Numbered from the stretch's first letter, positions 29,607 to 43,414 are shown. The stretch: 64,000 nt of DNA from an uncultured delta proteobacterium (GCA_963767925.1 CAVYGB010000008.1:2656001-2720000), one strand, 5' to 3'. Notes: generated by a model from the letters alone, not told the origin. Numbers and translations: made by a program.

Positions 29607-31660
29607 GGCTCGCCCTCCCGTCCGCCGCTCCCGCCGGCCCGACTCTCGGGCCCCATCGGCGCGGCGGCCGGCGGTGCGACGCTGGCGTACTCCAGGCCAG
29701 GCTTGCGCCGGTAGCCGGCGATCGGTTTGAGCGCCTGTCCCTTGAGGTCGCCCTTGAGCGTCTCGACCGGCAGCGGCGGATCGAGCTCGAAGTAGAACCC
29801 CCGGGTCGGCAGCCTCAGGTCGAATACCTCCCCGCCCCACCAGAAGACCCGCCGGAAATCGAGGGCCATGGGCCCCAGCGGGCGGCTCGCCCGGTGGCCC
29901 AGCACGAAGGAGAACAGGCGCACCGCCAGGTGGTTCGCCAGGCGGTGGCAGCCGTGGGAAAAGCGGCCCAGCAGCGAGGTGTAATCGAAGGTTCCGTGCG
30001 TGCGGATCCCCCAGTCCTGGTAGGCGATCCCGCCGCCCGGCCGCGTGCGGGCCTCGACGTGAATGCCCGCAACCAGGCCATAGGCGGAGTGGTAACCCGG
30101 GCCCACCTCGTCGTAGTTGGTCACCTTCGCGATGGCGCCGTTGACCCATTTTTCCTTGACCATCGAGGTGAGCGGCGAATAAGCGGGGGGCACCCAGACG
30201 GGCGCGGCCACGACGTGCCGCCAGACCCGTCGGCCGACATCCGAGTCCTTGTAGCGCAGGTACTCCTGACCGTCGGTGGCGAGCTCCGACCGCCAGCCGC
30301 CGATGGTGCTGCGCCAGCGCACCAATGGGACCCGCTCGCCCCGCCATTTCACGTAGAGGGTGAAGGAGGGATACCGCGTGCGGGGCTGGGGGACGCGCTG
30401 GCCCCGGGCATCGAAGGGGAAGTCGTACCAGACGTCCCCGCGATCGATCTCGGCCTGCAGATCCATCCGCGGTCCGTAGTAGGGCGGCGGCTCGGGGAAG
30501 CGGACCGCCACCTTGAGCCAGGCGAAATCTTCCGTTCGCCTGCGGCGAAAGAAGGCGAGCGCATCGGCCGGCGTCTCGATTCCCAGACGTGACAACACTG
30601 CCGCGGTGGCCGCCCCCACCAGGTCCGGAACTGCCAATCTTTGTCCATCGAGGCCCAGAAACGTCGGTGGCGGCTGCACCGACCCGTCCTCGAGGAACCC
30701 GCCGGCGTGGGCGGCGCGTTCGGCCAGCACCCGGCGCAAGGCCAGGAAGATGTTCTCGCTGGGAGAGCGGGCCAGCGCCTCCAGGGTCGAGCGGGTGATG
30801 TCTCCCTGAGCCATGACGACGTTCTTCTGCTGGAAGGCCAGCATGGCCATCCGCATGGGGGTGTCGTAGGTCCCGGGCAGGTGGTGGGTGGGCTCGAGCA
30901 GCCCCTCGCAGAGCAGCCGCTTCTCCGCCTCGCCGAGGGCGGCCCGCTCGGCCTGGAAGCGGCGGTGGGCGAGGACCTCCTTCTTCCAGGCCGGATCGCG
31001 CTCGGCCAGCGCCTCGAGGCTGTCCACCCCCTGGGCCACCCGGACCGCCTCCAGCTTCTCGGCGCGGGCCCGCCCCCGGGCGATCTCGCGCTTCTCGGTG
31101 GTGATGCCCCAGGTTGTCACCTGGTCGACGGCGGTGAGCTTGTCCCGATCGATGGCCGCCAGGCAGGGCAGGTCGGCTTCGGCGACCGCCCGCGCGTGCA
31201 GCACCGACACCGAGGGTGGGATCCCGTAGAGCTCGAGGTAGTTCTTCTGTCCCGGCCGCAGGGGCTGACCGTCGGCGTCTGTCCGGTCACTCGCCAGACC
31301 GACGAAGGTGGTGCGGTACCGGTTGGGCAAGATGGCGCCGCCCGGTCCGGTGCCGTCGGCGAAGATGAGCGGGGCCCATCCGTCGCTGAGGTCGACGATG
31401 GTCAGCCCCCGGGCCCGCGCCGCCTCGACGTCCACCACCCGCTCGGCGCCGTGCACGACCTGGATGGCCCGGCGGGCAGCCGGAAGATCGGCCGCCGGCG
31501 GCAGCGCGTCCGGATCGGGGGGCAAGGCGGCGGCCTGCTGCGTGGCCTGCAAGACGGTGCCGCTTCGGGTGTTCCCCTCGGCCGAGCAGCCGCTGCCCGC
31601 CAGGACGCCGATCCAGAAAATTGCTGTGGACCCCCGGGGGGGTCGTACTATACGCGCCAT
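29603..31660 (-). CDS. L,D-transpeptidase (YkuD-like) domain protein with peptidoglycan-binding-like region; start uncertain
   Basis: GIRTHGT-x-SHGCHRL catalytic motif; GTYDTPMRMAMLAFQQKN resembles PG_binding_1; possible lipobox GSGC. Confidence 0.78.
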   Translation of the reverse strand: MARIVRPPRGSTAIFWIGVLAGSGCSAEGNTRSGTVLQATQQAAALPPDPDALPPAADLPAARRAIQVVHGAERVVDVEAARARGLTIVDLSDGWAPLIFADGTGPGGAILPNRYRTTFVGLASDRTDADGQPLRPGQKNYLELYGIPPSVSVLHARAVAEADLPCLAAIDRDKLTAVDQVTTWGITTEKREIARGRARAEKLEAVRVAQGVDSLEALAERDPAWKKEVLAHRRFQAERAALGEAEKRLLCEGLLEPTHHLPGTYDTPMRMAMLAFQQKNVVMAQGDITRSTLEALARSPSENIFLALRRVLAERAAHAGGFLEDGSVQPPPTFLGLDGQRLAVPDLVGAATAAVLSRLGIETPADALAFFRRRRTEDFAWLKVAVRFPEPPPYYGPRMDLQAEIDRGDVWYDFPFDARGQRVPQPRTRYPSFTLYVKWRGERVPLVRWRSTIGGWRSELATDGQEYLRYKDSDVGRRVWRHVVAAPVWVPPAYSPLTSMVKEKWVNGAIAKVTNYDEVGPGYHSAYGLVAGIHVEARTRPGGGIAYQDWGIRTHGTFDYTSLLGRFSHGCHRLANHLAVRLFSFVLGHRASRPLGPMALDFRRVFWWGGEVFDLRLPTRGFYFELDPPLPVETLKGDLKGQALKPIAGYRRKPGLEYASVAPPAAAPMGPESRAGGSGGREGEP

Positions 31661-32183
31661 GAAACGCCCTGCCCTCGCTGCGATCTTGGGTCTGGTCATC
31701 GTTGCCAGCATCGGGGAAGCACAGGCCACCGAAGTGGGGCGCTCCCGCCGCTTCGGGCTCGGCTTTGCAATCGGAGAGCCCACCAGCCTGGTAGGCAAAT
31801 ACTTCCTCAGCCCGGTCAACGCCATCGATTTCGGAGTCGCCTTCGGGCGCTTGCGGCGCCGCTGCGAGCCCGGCGTCCCCTGCGACCGCTTCGGCTACGT
31901 GAGCTTGAGCGGCGACTATCTCTGGCAGGACACGCTGGCGGTGGAGGCCTTCAAGCTCGACTGGCACATCGGCCCGGGGGCCCGCCTCTCCATCGCCGAC
32001 GACTATTACTACTACTACGACGAGGACGTGCTCATCTTCGCCCGGATGCCGGTGGGCCTGGACCTCACCTTCAACCGCCCCGACTTCCTCGAGGTGTTCG
32101 CGGAGATCGCCCCCGCCCTGCTGCTGGTGCCCGAGATCGATCTCGAGCTCGAGGCCTTCGTGGGCCTGCGCCTCTATTTCTGA
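31659..32183 (+). CDS. Small outer-membrane beta-barrel protein (DUF3996-like)
   Basis: Signal peptide MKRPALAAILGLVIVASIGEAQA; FGLGFAIGEPTSLVGKYFL; ARMPVGL; EVFAEIAP; terminal GLRLYF barrel signature. Confidence 0.78.
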   Translation: MKRPALAAILGLVIVASIGEAQATEVGRSRRFGLGFAIGEPTSLVGKYFLSPVNAIDFGVAFGRLRRRCEPGVPCDRFGYVSLSGDYLWQDTLAVEAFKLDWHIGPGARLSIADDYYYYYDEDVLIFARMPVGLDLTFNRPDFLEVFAEIAPALLLVPEIDLELEAFVGLRLYF

Positions 32184-32219
32184 AGCGGCCGGGGCGGGCC
32201 CCGAGCGCCCGCCCGCCGC

Positions 32220-32462
32220 TCAGGTGCGCGGCTGGTTGTAGTCCTCGAAGTCGCCGTCGTCGAGGTTGACCTCGGCGACGACGTTGCCGGACTCGCCCCC
32301 GCTATAGGGGGTCATCACCACCTGCGTGATCTCCTCGACGGGCGCCGGTCCCATCACCGGGATCGAGACGCTGACCACCGGCACGGCCGCCGGCAGATCG
32401 TGCCCGTGGATGCGGGCTTTCCAGCGCGCGAGGGCCCGGTCGAGCTCGTCCTGGGGGACCAT
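32220..32462 (-). CDS. Small hypothetical protein (80 aa)
   Basis: MVPQDELDRALARWKAR...; coding-like GC3; TAACCT 5 nt upstream of ATG. Confidence 0.6.
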   Translation of the reverse strand: MVPQDELDRALARWKARIHGHDLPAAVPVVSVSIPVMGPAPVEEITQVVMTPYSGGESGNVVAEVNLDDGDFEDYNQPRT

Positions 32463-32500
32463 GCTTTAGGTTAGCAGCTCGCCTGCGCGAGCGGCCGCCT

Positions 32501-34175
<1,675 letters not shown>

Positions 34176-34250
34176 GGAGAAGGGCGCAGATTTTACCCCG
34201 CCCCGGCCCCCGGTGCCCCGGTATTCGTCCAGCAACCCATGGACGGGTGG

Positions 34251-35222
34251 CTAGGCGGCGCGCGAGACCAGGGTCTCGGCGTACTTTTCCAGCTTGCGGG
34301 CGTCGGCGTTGAAGCGCCGGATGCCGTCGGCCAGCTTGTCGTTGGCCATGGCGTCCTCGTTGTGCTGGAAGCGGAAGGTCTTCTCGTCGAGGTGGATGCG
34401 CTCGCCCGGCGAGGTGCGGGCCACCTCCGGCGACAGCTTGCGCGGGATCTCGCCCGGACGCGCCCCTCGAGCTCGGCGAGCAGGTCGGGGCTGATGGTCA
34501 GCAGGTCGCACCCCGCCAGCTCGACCACCTGGTCGGCCTTGCGGAAGCTGGCCCCCATCACCTGGGTCTTGTAGTCGAACTTCTTGTAGTGGTTGTAGAT
34601 GCGCACCACCGAGGCGACGCCGGGATCCTCGGCCAGGGGGATGTCCTTGACCCCCTTCTCCTTCAGGTAGAAGTCGTAGATCCGGCCCACGAAGGGGGAG
34701 ATCAGGGTGACGCCCGGCCTCGGCGCAGGCGACCGCCTGGGCGAAGCTGAACAGGAGGGTCATGTTGCAGTGGATCCCCTCGCGCTCGAGCTGCTCGGCG
34801 GCGCGGATGCCTTCCCAGGTGCTGCCGACCTTGATGAGGATACGCTCGCGCTCGACGCCGGCCTGCTTGTAGAGGCCGATCAGGCTGCGGGCCTTGGCGA
34901 TCGTCCCCTCGGTGTCGAAGCTGTAGGTGGCGTCGACCTCGGTCGACACCCGGCCGGGGATGATCTTCAGGATCTCGAGGCCGAAGTTGATGGCCAGCTT
35001 GTCCATGAAGCGCTCGGTGCGGCCGGCCCGATCGCCGGCGCCCTGGTCGGCGGCGCGGAGGGCCTCGTCGACGAGCGCCCGGTACTGGGGCATCTGCGCC
35101 GCCTTCAGGAGCAGCGAGGGATTGGTGGTGGCGTCCTGCGGGCGGTAGGCTCGGATGGCTTCCAGGTCGCCGGTGTCGGCCACGACCGTCGTGTACTTCC
35201 GCAAGGATTCCAGATTGTTCAT
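34251..35222 (-). CDS. tal: Transaldolase, TalA/B type (apparent frameshifts near 34715 and 34463)
   Basis: [64 protein letters not shown]. Confidence 0.93.
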   Translation of the reverse strand: MNNLESLRKYTTVVADTGDLEAIRAYRPQDATTNPSLLLKAAQMPQYRALVDEALRAADQGAGDRAGRTERFMDKLAINFGLEILKIIPGRVSTEVDATYSFDTEGTIAKARSLIGLYKQAGVERERILIKVGSTWEGIRAAEQLEREGIHCNMTLLFSFAQAVACAEAGRHPDLPLRGPDLRLLPEGEGGQGHPPGRGSRRRLGGAHLQPLQEVRLQDPGDGGQLPQGRPGGRAGGVRPADHQPRPARRARGARPGEIPRKLSPEVARTSPGERIHLDEKTFRFQHNEDAMANDKLADGIRRFNADARKLEKYAETLVSRAA

Positions 35223-35295
35223 GCGCGACAGCTTACTCGACGGTCTCGCCCTGCCCAAGCCCTCCGGACCGGTCCGTGTTACGGTAACAGGTCCT

Positions 35296-36222
35296 GTGTC
35301 TAGCCAGAAACCGGTGGTCATCGTGAATCCACGGTCGGGCGGGGGCCTCAGCGATCGACGCTGGGCGGCGCTGGTCGGGCCCCTCACCGAGGGCCTGGGC
35401 CCCTTCGACAGCCGCTTCACCGAGCGGCGCGGAGACGGCAAGCGGCTCGCGCAAGAAGAGGCCGGAGCAGGCCGTCGGCTCGTTGTCGCCTTCGGCGGGG
35501 ACGGCACCATCTCCGAGGTGGTGGATGGCCTGGTGGCGGCCGGCCGGCCGACCGAGCTCGGGATCATCCCCCGCGGCACCGGCGGCGACTTTCGCCGCTC
35601 GGCCTGCCTGCCCGAGAAGGTGGCGGAGGCCGCCCGCCACGTGCAGAAGGCCCCGGTCCGGCGCATCGATGTCGGCCGGGCCCACTTCACCGCCGAGGAC
35701 GGCTCGCGGGCCTCGCGCTGCTTCGTCAACGTGGCCTCCTTCGGCTTTTCGGCCGAGGTGGCGGCGCGGGCCAACCGATCCTCGAAGCGGCTGGGCGCCC
35801 GCCTCTCCTTCGTGGGGGCGGCGGTGAGCACCCTGTTCCGCTACGACAACATCGAGGTAAACATCTCGGTGGACGACGGCCCGCCGCAGCGCCGCCAGCT
35901 CCTGCTGGGGGCGGTGGGCAACGGCTGCTTCTTCGGGGGCGGCATGAAGATCTGCCCCCAGAGCTGCCTGGACGACGGCGTCCTCGACCTGGTGGTGGTG
36001 GGCGAGATGGGCGCGCTCGAGGTGGTGACCAAGCTGGGCACGACCATCTACGGCGGGCACCACGTCCAGCTCGACCACGTCCACAGCCAGCGGGCCCGCA
36101 CCGTGCAGGTGGTGCCGGTCGAGCCCGCCGCCCGGATCCCCATCGAGCTCGACGGCGAGAGCCCCGGCTACCTCCCCGCCACCTTCGACGTCTTGCCCCA
36201 GGTCCTCCCGCTGCGCTTCTGA
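35296..36222 (+). CDS. Diacylglycerol/lipid kinase family protein (YegS/DgkB-like)
   Basis: [49 protein letters not shown]. Confidence 0.9.
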   Translation: MSSQKPVVIVNPRSGGGLSDRRWAALVGPLTEGLGPFDSRFTERRGDGKRLAQEEAGAGRRLVVAFGGDGTISEVVDGLVAAGRPTELGIIPRGTGGDFRRSACLPEKVAEAARHVQKAPVRRIDVGRAHFTAEDGSRASRCFVNVASFGFSAEVAARANRSSKRLGARLSFVGAAVSTLFRYDNIEVNISVDDGPPQRRQLLLGAVGNGCFFGGGMKICPQSCLDDGVLDLVVVGEMGALEVVTKLGTTIYGGHHVQLDHVHSQRARTVQVVPVEPAARIPIELDGESPGYLPATFDVLPQVLPLRF

Positions 36223-36246
36223 GCGGGACTCGGGCAGGGGCCGGCC

Positions 36247-37262
36247 TCAGGCGGTCGCCGCCAGGGACGACCGGCCGAGGATCTGGCTGCGGATGTAGGC
36301 GACCGTATCGAACAGGGTCTCAGCGGCGTCGCGGGCGGAAAAGCCCAGCTCCGCGATGGCCTTGCCAGACTCGAAGTACCAGTAGTAGCTGGCCATGTCG
36401 ACCGAGGCCGGCTCGACCGGCGGGGGGCGGCCGATCTTGCGGTACAGCGCCGCCTGCACCTGGGTGGCGTAAAACGGGAGGCGGCCGCGGGGCGCGCGCA
36501 GCAGCGGCGCCGCCACCTTGGTGAGCCGAGCCAGCCGGCCGAAGTAGTCGGCGAAGGACCAGTTGTGCCCGCCCAGCAGGTAGCGCTCGCCGGCCCGCCC
36601 CCGCTCCATGGCGGCGGGCAAGACGGCGGCCACGTCGCGGACGTCGACGAGGTTGAGTCCCCCCGAGGGGGTCACCGGGATGTCCCGGGCCATGAACGAG
36701 ACGATGTCCCGGGTCGAGGACAGCCGGTCGTCGCCCGGGCCGAGCAGCAGGCTGGGGTTGACGATCACCAGCTCGGGACCGTCGCTCGCACGCCCGGCGG
36801 GCCGCCTCTTCCTGGTAATATTTGCTGGCGTAATAGGGCCAGCGGGCGATCAGGGCCAGCGGCGCCGGGCAGGTCTCGTCGGACTGGTCGTCGGAGCGCT
36901 CGGACACGGCGATGGTGCCGCTGGTCGAGGCTGAGCACGATGCGCCGGGCGCCGGCGGAGCGGGCGGCGGTGCACAGCAGGCGCGTCCCCTCGACGTGCA
37001 CGTCGTACATGCGGGGGGCGTCCTCGGCCTTGCGCGAGACGAAACCGGCCAGGTGATAGACGTGGCTCACGCCGTCGACGGCCCGGGCCACCGCGGCCGG
37101 ATCGGTCACCGAGCCGGTGACGACCTCGACCCCCAGCGCGGCCAGCGCCTCGGAGCGAGACTGGGCGAAGACCCGGATCCGCTCGCCCGACCCCCGCCCG
37201 CACAGCAGCCGCACGAGGTGGGTCCCGAGGAAACCGGTCGCCCCGGTCACCAGCGTCTTCAC
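36247..37262 (-). CDS. elbE: NAD-dependent epimerase/dehydratase, ElbE-like (apparent frameshifts near 36930 and 36790)
   Basis: LVTGATGFLG, VYHLAG, YYASK (YxxxK), VNPSLLLGPGD, VDVRDVA, GERYLLGG; last gene of the elb-like operon. Confidence 0.72.
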
Positions 37263-40200
37263 GATCCCCCCCTGCCCTTGTGCAGGAGCAAGGCCGGCGT
37301 GCGCGACAGCGGCGGCTTGCCCTGAGGCTGCGGGCGCAGGCTGGCCGACCGGCCGATGGCGCCGAGGCGGGAGCCGTCCCAGGCCGCCCGGACCGCCGCG
37401 GCGTCGAGCGCCACCGCCTTGCCGTCGCGCAGGTGCTCGACGATCCGCTGGGTGAAGGCGGCGCAGATGCCGCCAGGCCTCCTGCTGGGGCAGGCCCTCG
37501 GTCAGAGTCCGCAGGAAGTCCGGGGAGAGGAAGGGCCCGAAGCGGCACCCGCAGCTCGCGGCTGCGGGGGACGGTGCTGCCCTTCGGCAAGGCCTCGTGG
37601 CTGCCTTCGATGTGAGCGGGCAAGATGCCGCTGCCGGCCTTGAGGGCCAGGTAGCCCAGGCTGGGGAGGAAGTCCCGCATCTGACCGTCGAGCGAGCGTC
37701 CCCCCTCGGGGAACACGACCAGGCTGCGGCCCCGGCGCAGGACCCGCTCGGCGATGTCCATCGACTTGCGGATCGAGCCCACCCGCTCCATCGGGACCAG
37801 GTTGGTGAAGTTGCTGAAGTAGGCCCGCCGCCAGCGATTGGAGAAGAAGTAGTCCGCCGCCGCCAGCGAGGCCAGGTCGCGCCCCGCCTCGCCGAGCGCG
37901 ACCTTGATGGCGCCCATGTCCAGGTGCGAGCAGTGGTTGGCCGCCACCACGAAGTGGGTGTGGCTGGGGATGTGGAGGGCGCCCTCCACCTTGGTGTCCA
38001 TCACCTGCCGGAAGAACAGCTTCTGGAACAGACCGATGCCCCCCTTGCCGAGCCGGGCGATCGGCTCGGGGATCGGGATGTCGTCGTCGCGCAGGAGCTG
38101 GCCCAGCTCCCGCCCGCCGCGCTCGGACCGGGCCCGGGCGGCCGAGCCAGCCTGGCCCCGGGTGACGAGGGCATACAGACCGGCCACGTCCTGGGCGGCG
38201 GTGAAGTCGACCTGCTCCGGGACGGGGATGCCGGCGGCCTCCACCCCTTCGGCCAGCTCGTTGTAAGCCAGGCTGTCGAAGCCGAGCGCGCTCACCCGGG
38301 TGCCGAGGTGGACGTCGGCCCGGGGCCGGCCGGTGGCGGCGGCCACGATGTCGAGGAACCAACCCACCCCGGCCTCGGCTTTGCCCGATCCAGCGGCGGC
38401 CTCGCCCCCGCTGCTCTTGCGCCGCTGCATCTCGGTCACGATCTCCCGGCGCTTGATCGACCGCTTGGCCGTCTTCGGCAGCTCGGCCTCCCAGTATTCG
38501 ATGATCTTGACGCGCTTCCAGAAGGGCAGGCCCGAGGAGACGCTCTGAAGATGCTCGTCGATCTTGGCCACCACCTCGGCCCGGCTCAGCGCCGGCTCGT
38601 GCTCGAGATTGGGCACCACCGCCGCCGCCACCTGCTCGGCGCCGGCGTCGGGCAGGCCCACCACCGACAGCTCCTTGATGTAGGGGGCTCTGCGGTAGAG
38701 CTCCTCGATCTCGTCGGGATAGACGTTCTTGCCGTTGGAGTCGATGATGACGTCCTTCGATCGGCCGACGATGAAGAGGTTGCCCTCCTCGTCGAACCGC
38801 CCCAGGTCGCCGGTGTGGAACCAGCCGTCGCGGATGGCGGCCCGGGTGGCCTCCTCGTCCTGCCAGTAGCCGAGCATGAGGTTGCGCCCGCGCGCCACCA
38901 CCTCGCCCACGCCCGCGGCGTCGGGGCTGTCGATCTTCACCTCCACCCCCGGCAAGCGGCTTGCCCACCGAGCCGGGCAGCGGCTTGCCGTCGGCCGAGG
39001 TCACGCAGAGCACGGGGGCGGTCTCGGTCAGGCCATAGCCCTCGTAGAAGTTGAAGCCCATGCCATAGAAGGTCTTCAGCACGTCGGGCGAGCAGGGCCG
39101 AGCCGCCGCTGATGAGGTAGCGGATGCGCCCCCCGAACCCGGCGTGCACCGGAAAGAACAACAGACATGCCCAGGTCGACGCCGGTGCTGGCGCGCAGCT
39201 CGTAGTTGACGCTGGCCAGGGCCTTCATGAGCGGCTCGAGCAGGGGCGAGCGGTCGCTCAGCTTCTGCATGCACCCGCCGGCGCAGCAGCTCCCACAGGG
39301 CGGGCACGCCCACGATGGCGGTGACATGGCCCTTCTGCAGGGCGCTGGAGATGGCCTCCCCGTTCAGCTCGGCCAGGTAGGTGATCTGGGCGCCCCGGGC
39401 CAGCGGCATCAGCAGGCCCGCCGAGAACTCGAAGGTGTGGTGCAGCGGCAGCACCGAGAGCATCCCGTCGTTGACCCCGAACTCGAAGACCCGGGACAGC
39501 TCCGACACCATGAAGGTGAAGTTGCGGTGGCTGAGCATCACCCCCTTGGGCTTGCCCGTGGTCCCCGAGGTGAAGATCAGCGAGGCCACCGTGTCGGGCT
39601 GCACCCGGGCGATGCAGGGACTTGCGGCGCTCCTGCTCCACCTCCTCGTCGAGGAGGGTGAACACCTGCTCGAACCGCCACACCCGGGTGGGCAGGCCGG
39701 CCTCGCGCAGGGCCCGCACCAGGCCGGCCCGCTTCTCGCAGCAGGTCGTCGCCGATGATGATGCCGGCGGCGTCGGCGGCGCGGGCCACGTTGACCACCT
39801 CGTCGACGGTGGACTCGTGGGCGATGGGGACCGCGCGTGGCCCCCACCTTGAGGATGCCGAAGTAGGACATGCCCACTCGGGCCCGTTCTTCGCGAGCAG
39901 CACGACCCGGTCGCCGGCGCCGACGTCTTCGCCGACCAGGAAGACGCCCACCCGGGTGGCCAGCTCCTGCAGGTTCTCGTAGCTGTAGATCTCCTCGCGC
40001 CGCCCGCGCTCGATGCGCATGGCGGGGCGGGTGGCGTGCAGCTTGGTGGTGGTGTCGAACAGCTCGAGCAGATCGCGGTAGGCGTAGACGCTCTTGGGCT
40101 TGGCGGCGTAGGTCTCGTCGAGCTCGGGCAACACCCACTTCTGCAGGCCGGGGAAGTGGACGTTGAGGAAGTAGTCGTACCAGTCGATGCTCTCGGGCGA

Positions 40201-41774
40201 CCAGCGCACCTCGGCCTGCTCCTCGGCGGGCAGGCGGTCGCGCAGGGCCCGGATGTTGTCGGCCCGGAACACGGTGGCGTTGTCGTGGATGAAGGGCATG
40301 AAGAGGTCGATGTTGCTGTGGGCCTCTTCGGTGACCCGGCGGATGTCCTCGACCTTGCCCTTGACCCGATCGACGATCTCGGCGAAGCGCCCCCCGCCCC
40401 AGCGGGGCCGCAGCTTCTCCAGCCCGGCCGAGGTCTTCTCGGCCAGCCGCTTGACCAGGGGGATGGAGGAGCGGGTGTATTGCTGGTAGCTGACCGGGCG
40501 AAACTCCATGCGGGCGGCCAGGGCGTTGATGAAGCGGTTGCCCGCCTCCTTGCTCTGGAAGCGCTTGCGCTTGTAGAGGCCGGTCAGGGTGACCACCCGG
40601 CCCACCCGGGAGGGGTTGAGGTCGCCGCTCGAGAGCTGGTGCACCAGCTCCGGCTGCTCGACGCAGGCCTGGGCCGCCACCTGGATCATGCCGGCGGCGA
40701 TGTGATCGACCGGCACCATGTCGAGGATGAGCGACTCGGACACCGGCAGGACGTTTTGCCCCTTGAGGGCCAGGTAGACCAGCGGCGCCGAGGTGGTGAA
40801 GCCCTCGTTCCAGCCCGGGAAGGGGAAGCTCTGGGCGCTCTCGACGATGGCCGGCCGCACGATCGAGCGGACGATGTCGGTCTCGCGGGCCACGAGCTGG
40901 TCGCCCATGCTCTTCGTGTAGGTGTAGATGTTGGGCCAGCCCCATGTGGCCGCCCGCTCGCACGCCCCGCTCGGGTCAGCTCGGAGCGGATCCAGTCCTT
41001 GCGCTCGCGGGCCACCGCCAGCTTGAGGGCGCCCTCGTCGTCGGGGTCCCGCCCCTGCTCCTGCAGGCGGGCCCGGGCCCGCTCGCGCAGGCGGGCCGTG
41101 ACCTGGGCGTCGTCGGCCTGAGCCCGCACCTCGAGGGCGATGCGATCGCTGTCCGCGATCTCCTGCTCGACCGAGAAGTTGGTGCCGGGCAGGTCGCGCC
41201 AGCGCGGGAAATAGCCGACCAGCTTCTCGTCCTCCCAGACCTCGCCCGAGCGGTTGCCCGCCACGAAGCAGGTGCTGGTGTGGATGAGGGCGGGTCGCTT
41301 CATGCGGCGCGACGAAGGCGATGACGTTTTTCGTCCCCTGCGACGTTGGTGCGCAGGGCCGACTCGAGGGGCGGGTTGAAGGTCACCTTGCCCGAAGAGT
41401 TGATGACGACGTCGATGTCCCCGGCCACCACCGCCGCCGCCTCCTCGGACAGCCCCAGGTTGGCCTCGGTGATGTCGCCGTCGACCACCCGCACCTTGTC
41501 GGCCAGGAAGGCCACGCATCCCCTCGGGACCGCCGTGGGCCTCGCGCAGGGGATCGAACACCGGCGAGGTGACGACGTTGTTCCAGAAGCGGTCCTCGCT
41601 GCTGGTGCCCGAGCCCCGCCGGACCATGACGTAGGCCCGCCCCAGCTCGGGGAAGCGGTGGAGCAGCATGCTGAGCATGACCTTGCCCACGAAGCCGGTG
41701 GCGCCCAGGATGAAGACGCGCCGGCCCCGGTAGATCTCCCGGAGCGACAAGGGCGAGGCAGCGGTGGTGCTCAC
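37259..41774 (-). CDS. elbD: Multidomain ether-lipid enzyme ElbD-like: acyl reductase + adenylation + carrier + acyltransferase (many apparent frameshifts)
   Basis: Reductase [38 protein letters not shown]; adenylation [22 protein letters not shown]; carrier GFDSL; PlsC-type NHCSHLD and FPEGGRS. Domain order matches Myxococcus ElbD. Confidence 0.85.
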
Positions 41775-41778
41775 GGCG

Positions 41779-43405
41779 CTACTCGACGTCCGCCATGACG
41801 ATTGGCGGGTGGTGCATCATGGTGATCGAGGGCGAGGGGCCGGTGAAGCTCTTGGCCATGGCGATCGCCTCGGTGAGCGACTCGGCCCGATCCCAGCCCA
41901 GGCGGGCGGGGACGTGGGCGTTCTCCGCGCCGGCGACGATCACCTTGCCCACGTGCTGGCGGCCGTTCTCCCCCCAGTACCACATGAAGAAGGGGTGGGC
42001 GCCGTGGTAGGCGTGCCCCCGCCGGTACATCTCGATGTAGCTCGGGTTCTTGGCGAACTCCTCCTCGTATTTGTGGCGCAAGACCATGGCGTCGCGGGTC
42101 TCGGGCAGGAGGCGGTTGAAGAACTCGATGTAGCTGGGGTGGTGCTCGTGGTTGAAGCTGTCGTAGCAGGGGTGCAGGAGGATGAGCACCCCCCCTTTGC
42201 GCAGGATGGGCTTGCCCCGGTAAAAGTTGTGGAAGTACCCCAGCCCCATCACCTGGACCAGCAGGGGGTTGAGGATGGAGTTGACGTTGTAGGGGGAGAT
42301 GAAGGGGACCGGGCAGATGAGGATGTCGCTCTGCCCGCGCAGGCTGACGAAGTACTGCTCGAAGTTCTTCTGGATGATGGCCCGGTGGACCGGCTCGGTC
42401 TTGCCTGCCATGCAGGAGACGAGCTGGTAGTGCGCGGGGATGGAGTGGAAGAGCTTGCGCTTGGCCGCGGTGGGCATCTTGGACAGGGTCCAGCGCATGG
42501 CCTCGAACTTCAGCCGGTCGACCTCGGTGAACTCGTCCTCGTTCTTCGAGAGGAAGGCGGTGGCCGAGTTGAACATCCGGTTGTTCAGCGCGGTCTCGAT
42601 GTGGAACACGTTCATGTGCCGGGCCACGATCTGGCCCATGCGCTCGACCTTGGTGTTGAGCACCGAGCGGGCGGGATCCATGTAGCTGTCGGAGTCGCGG
42701 ATGGTCTTGCGGCTCGTGGTGGGGGCGCAGGCTCTCGTAGTCGCACAGCCCCACGGTGACCGACTTGTGGCCCCCGTCCATGGGGACGAGGTTGATGTTC
42801 ACGTAGATGAGCAGATCGCTCTCGACCGCCCGGCGGTTGATGTTGACCGACTCGTTGTGCTCGGTCTTGCCCAGGTGGACGATGCCGTCGGGATCTTCGG
42901 CGTCGTGGTTGTAGTAGCGGTCCGGATAAAAGGCGTTGAAGATCTTGCTGCCCACCATCCGCTTCATCTCGGCGGCCGTCAGGCGCCGGTGCAGGGAGTT
43001 GGCGACGATGATGTGGACGTCGTCGACCCCGTTGGCGTCGAGCAGCTCGAGCACGATCTCGATGATGGTCTGGCGAATGTCGGGGGTGACCATCGGCGGC
43101 AGCGGCAAGCTGATGTCGTCGACGGCGATGGTGACCCGCATGCCCGGCATGAGCTGGGCGTAGAGCGGGTCGGCCTCCAGGGGGTGGTTGAGGGCGTAGC
43201 GGATGGCCGCCCCCGGGTTGGCCAGCCCCTCGAGCGGCGGCTTGGGATAGATGACCCGCGTGCCGATGGGCAGGTCCTCGAGCAGGAGGTCCTCGCCCGA
43301 GAACATGATCCGCGGGGCGGAGTTGCTGTCGATGTAGACGACCTGGTCGTCCTCTTTGTGGCGGGGGGTCGGCCCCCGCAGGAATCTCGCTTCACGCTCT
43401 CGCAT
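41779..43405 (-). CDS. elbC: Lactate-racemase (LarA N-terminal/DUF2088) domain protein, ElbC-like (apparent frameshift near 42708)
   Basis: [62 protein letters not shown]. Confidence 0.75.
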
Positions 43406-43414
43406 TGCCCACCG

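Noticed and set aside
32001..32021. TAC repeat encoding YYYYY as a phase-variation tract
   Set aside because: A short in-frame trinucleotide run in a probable surface loop; slippage would not switch expression.
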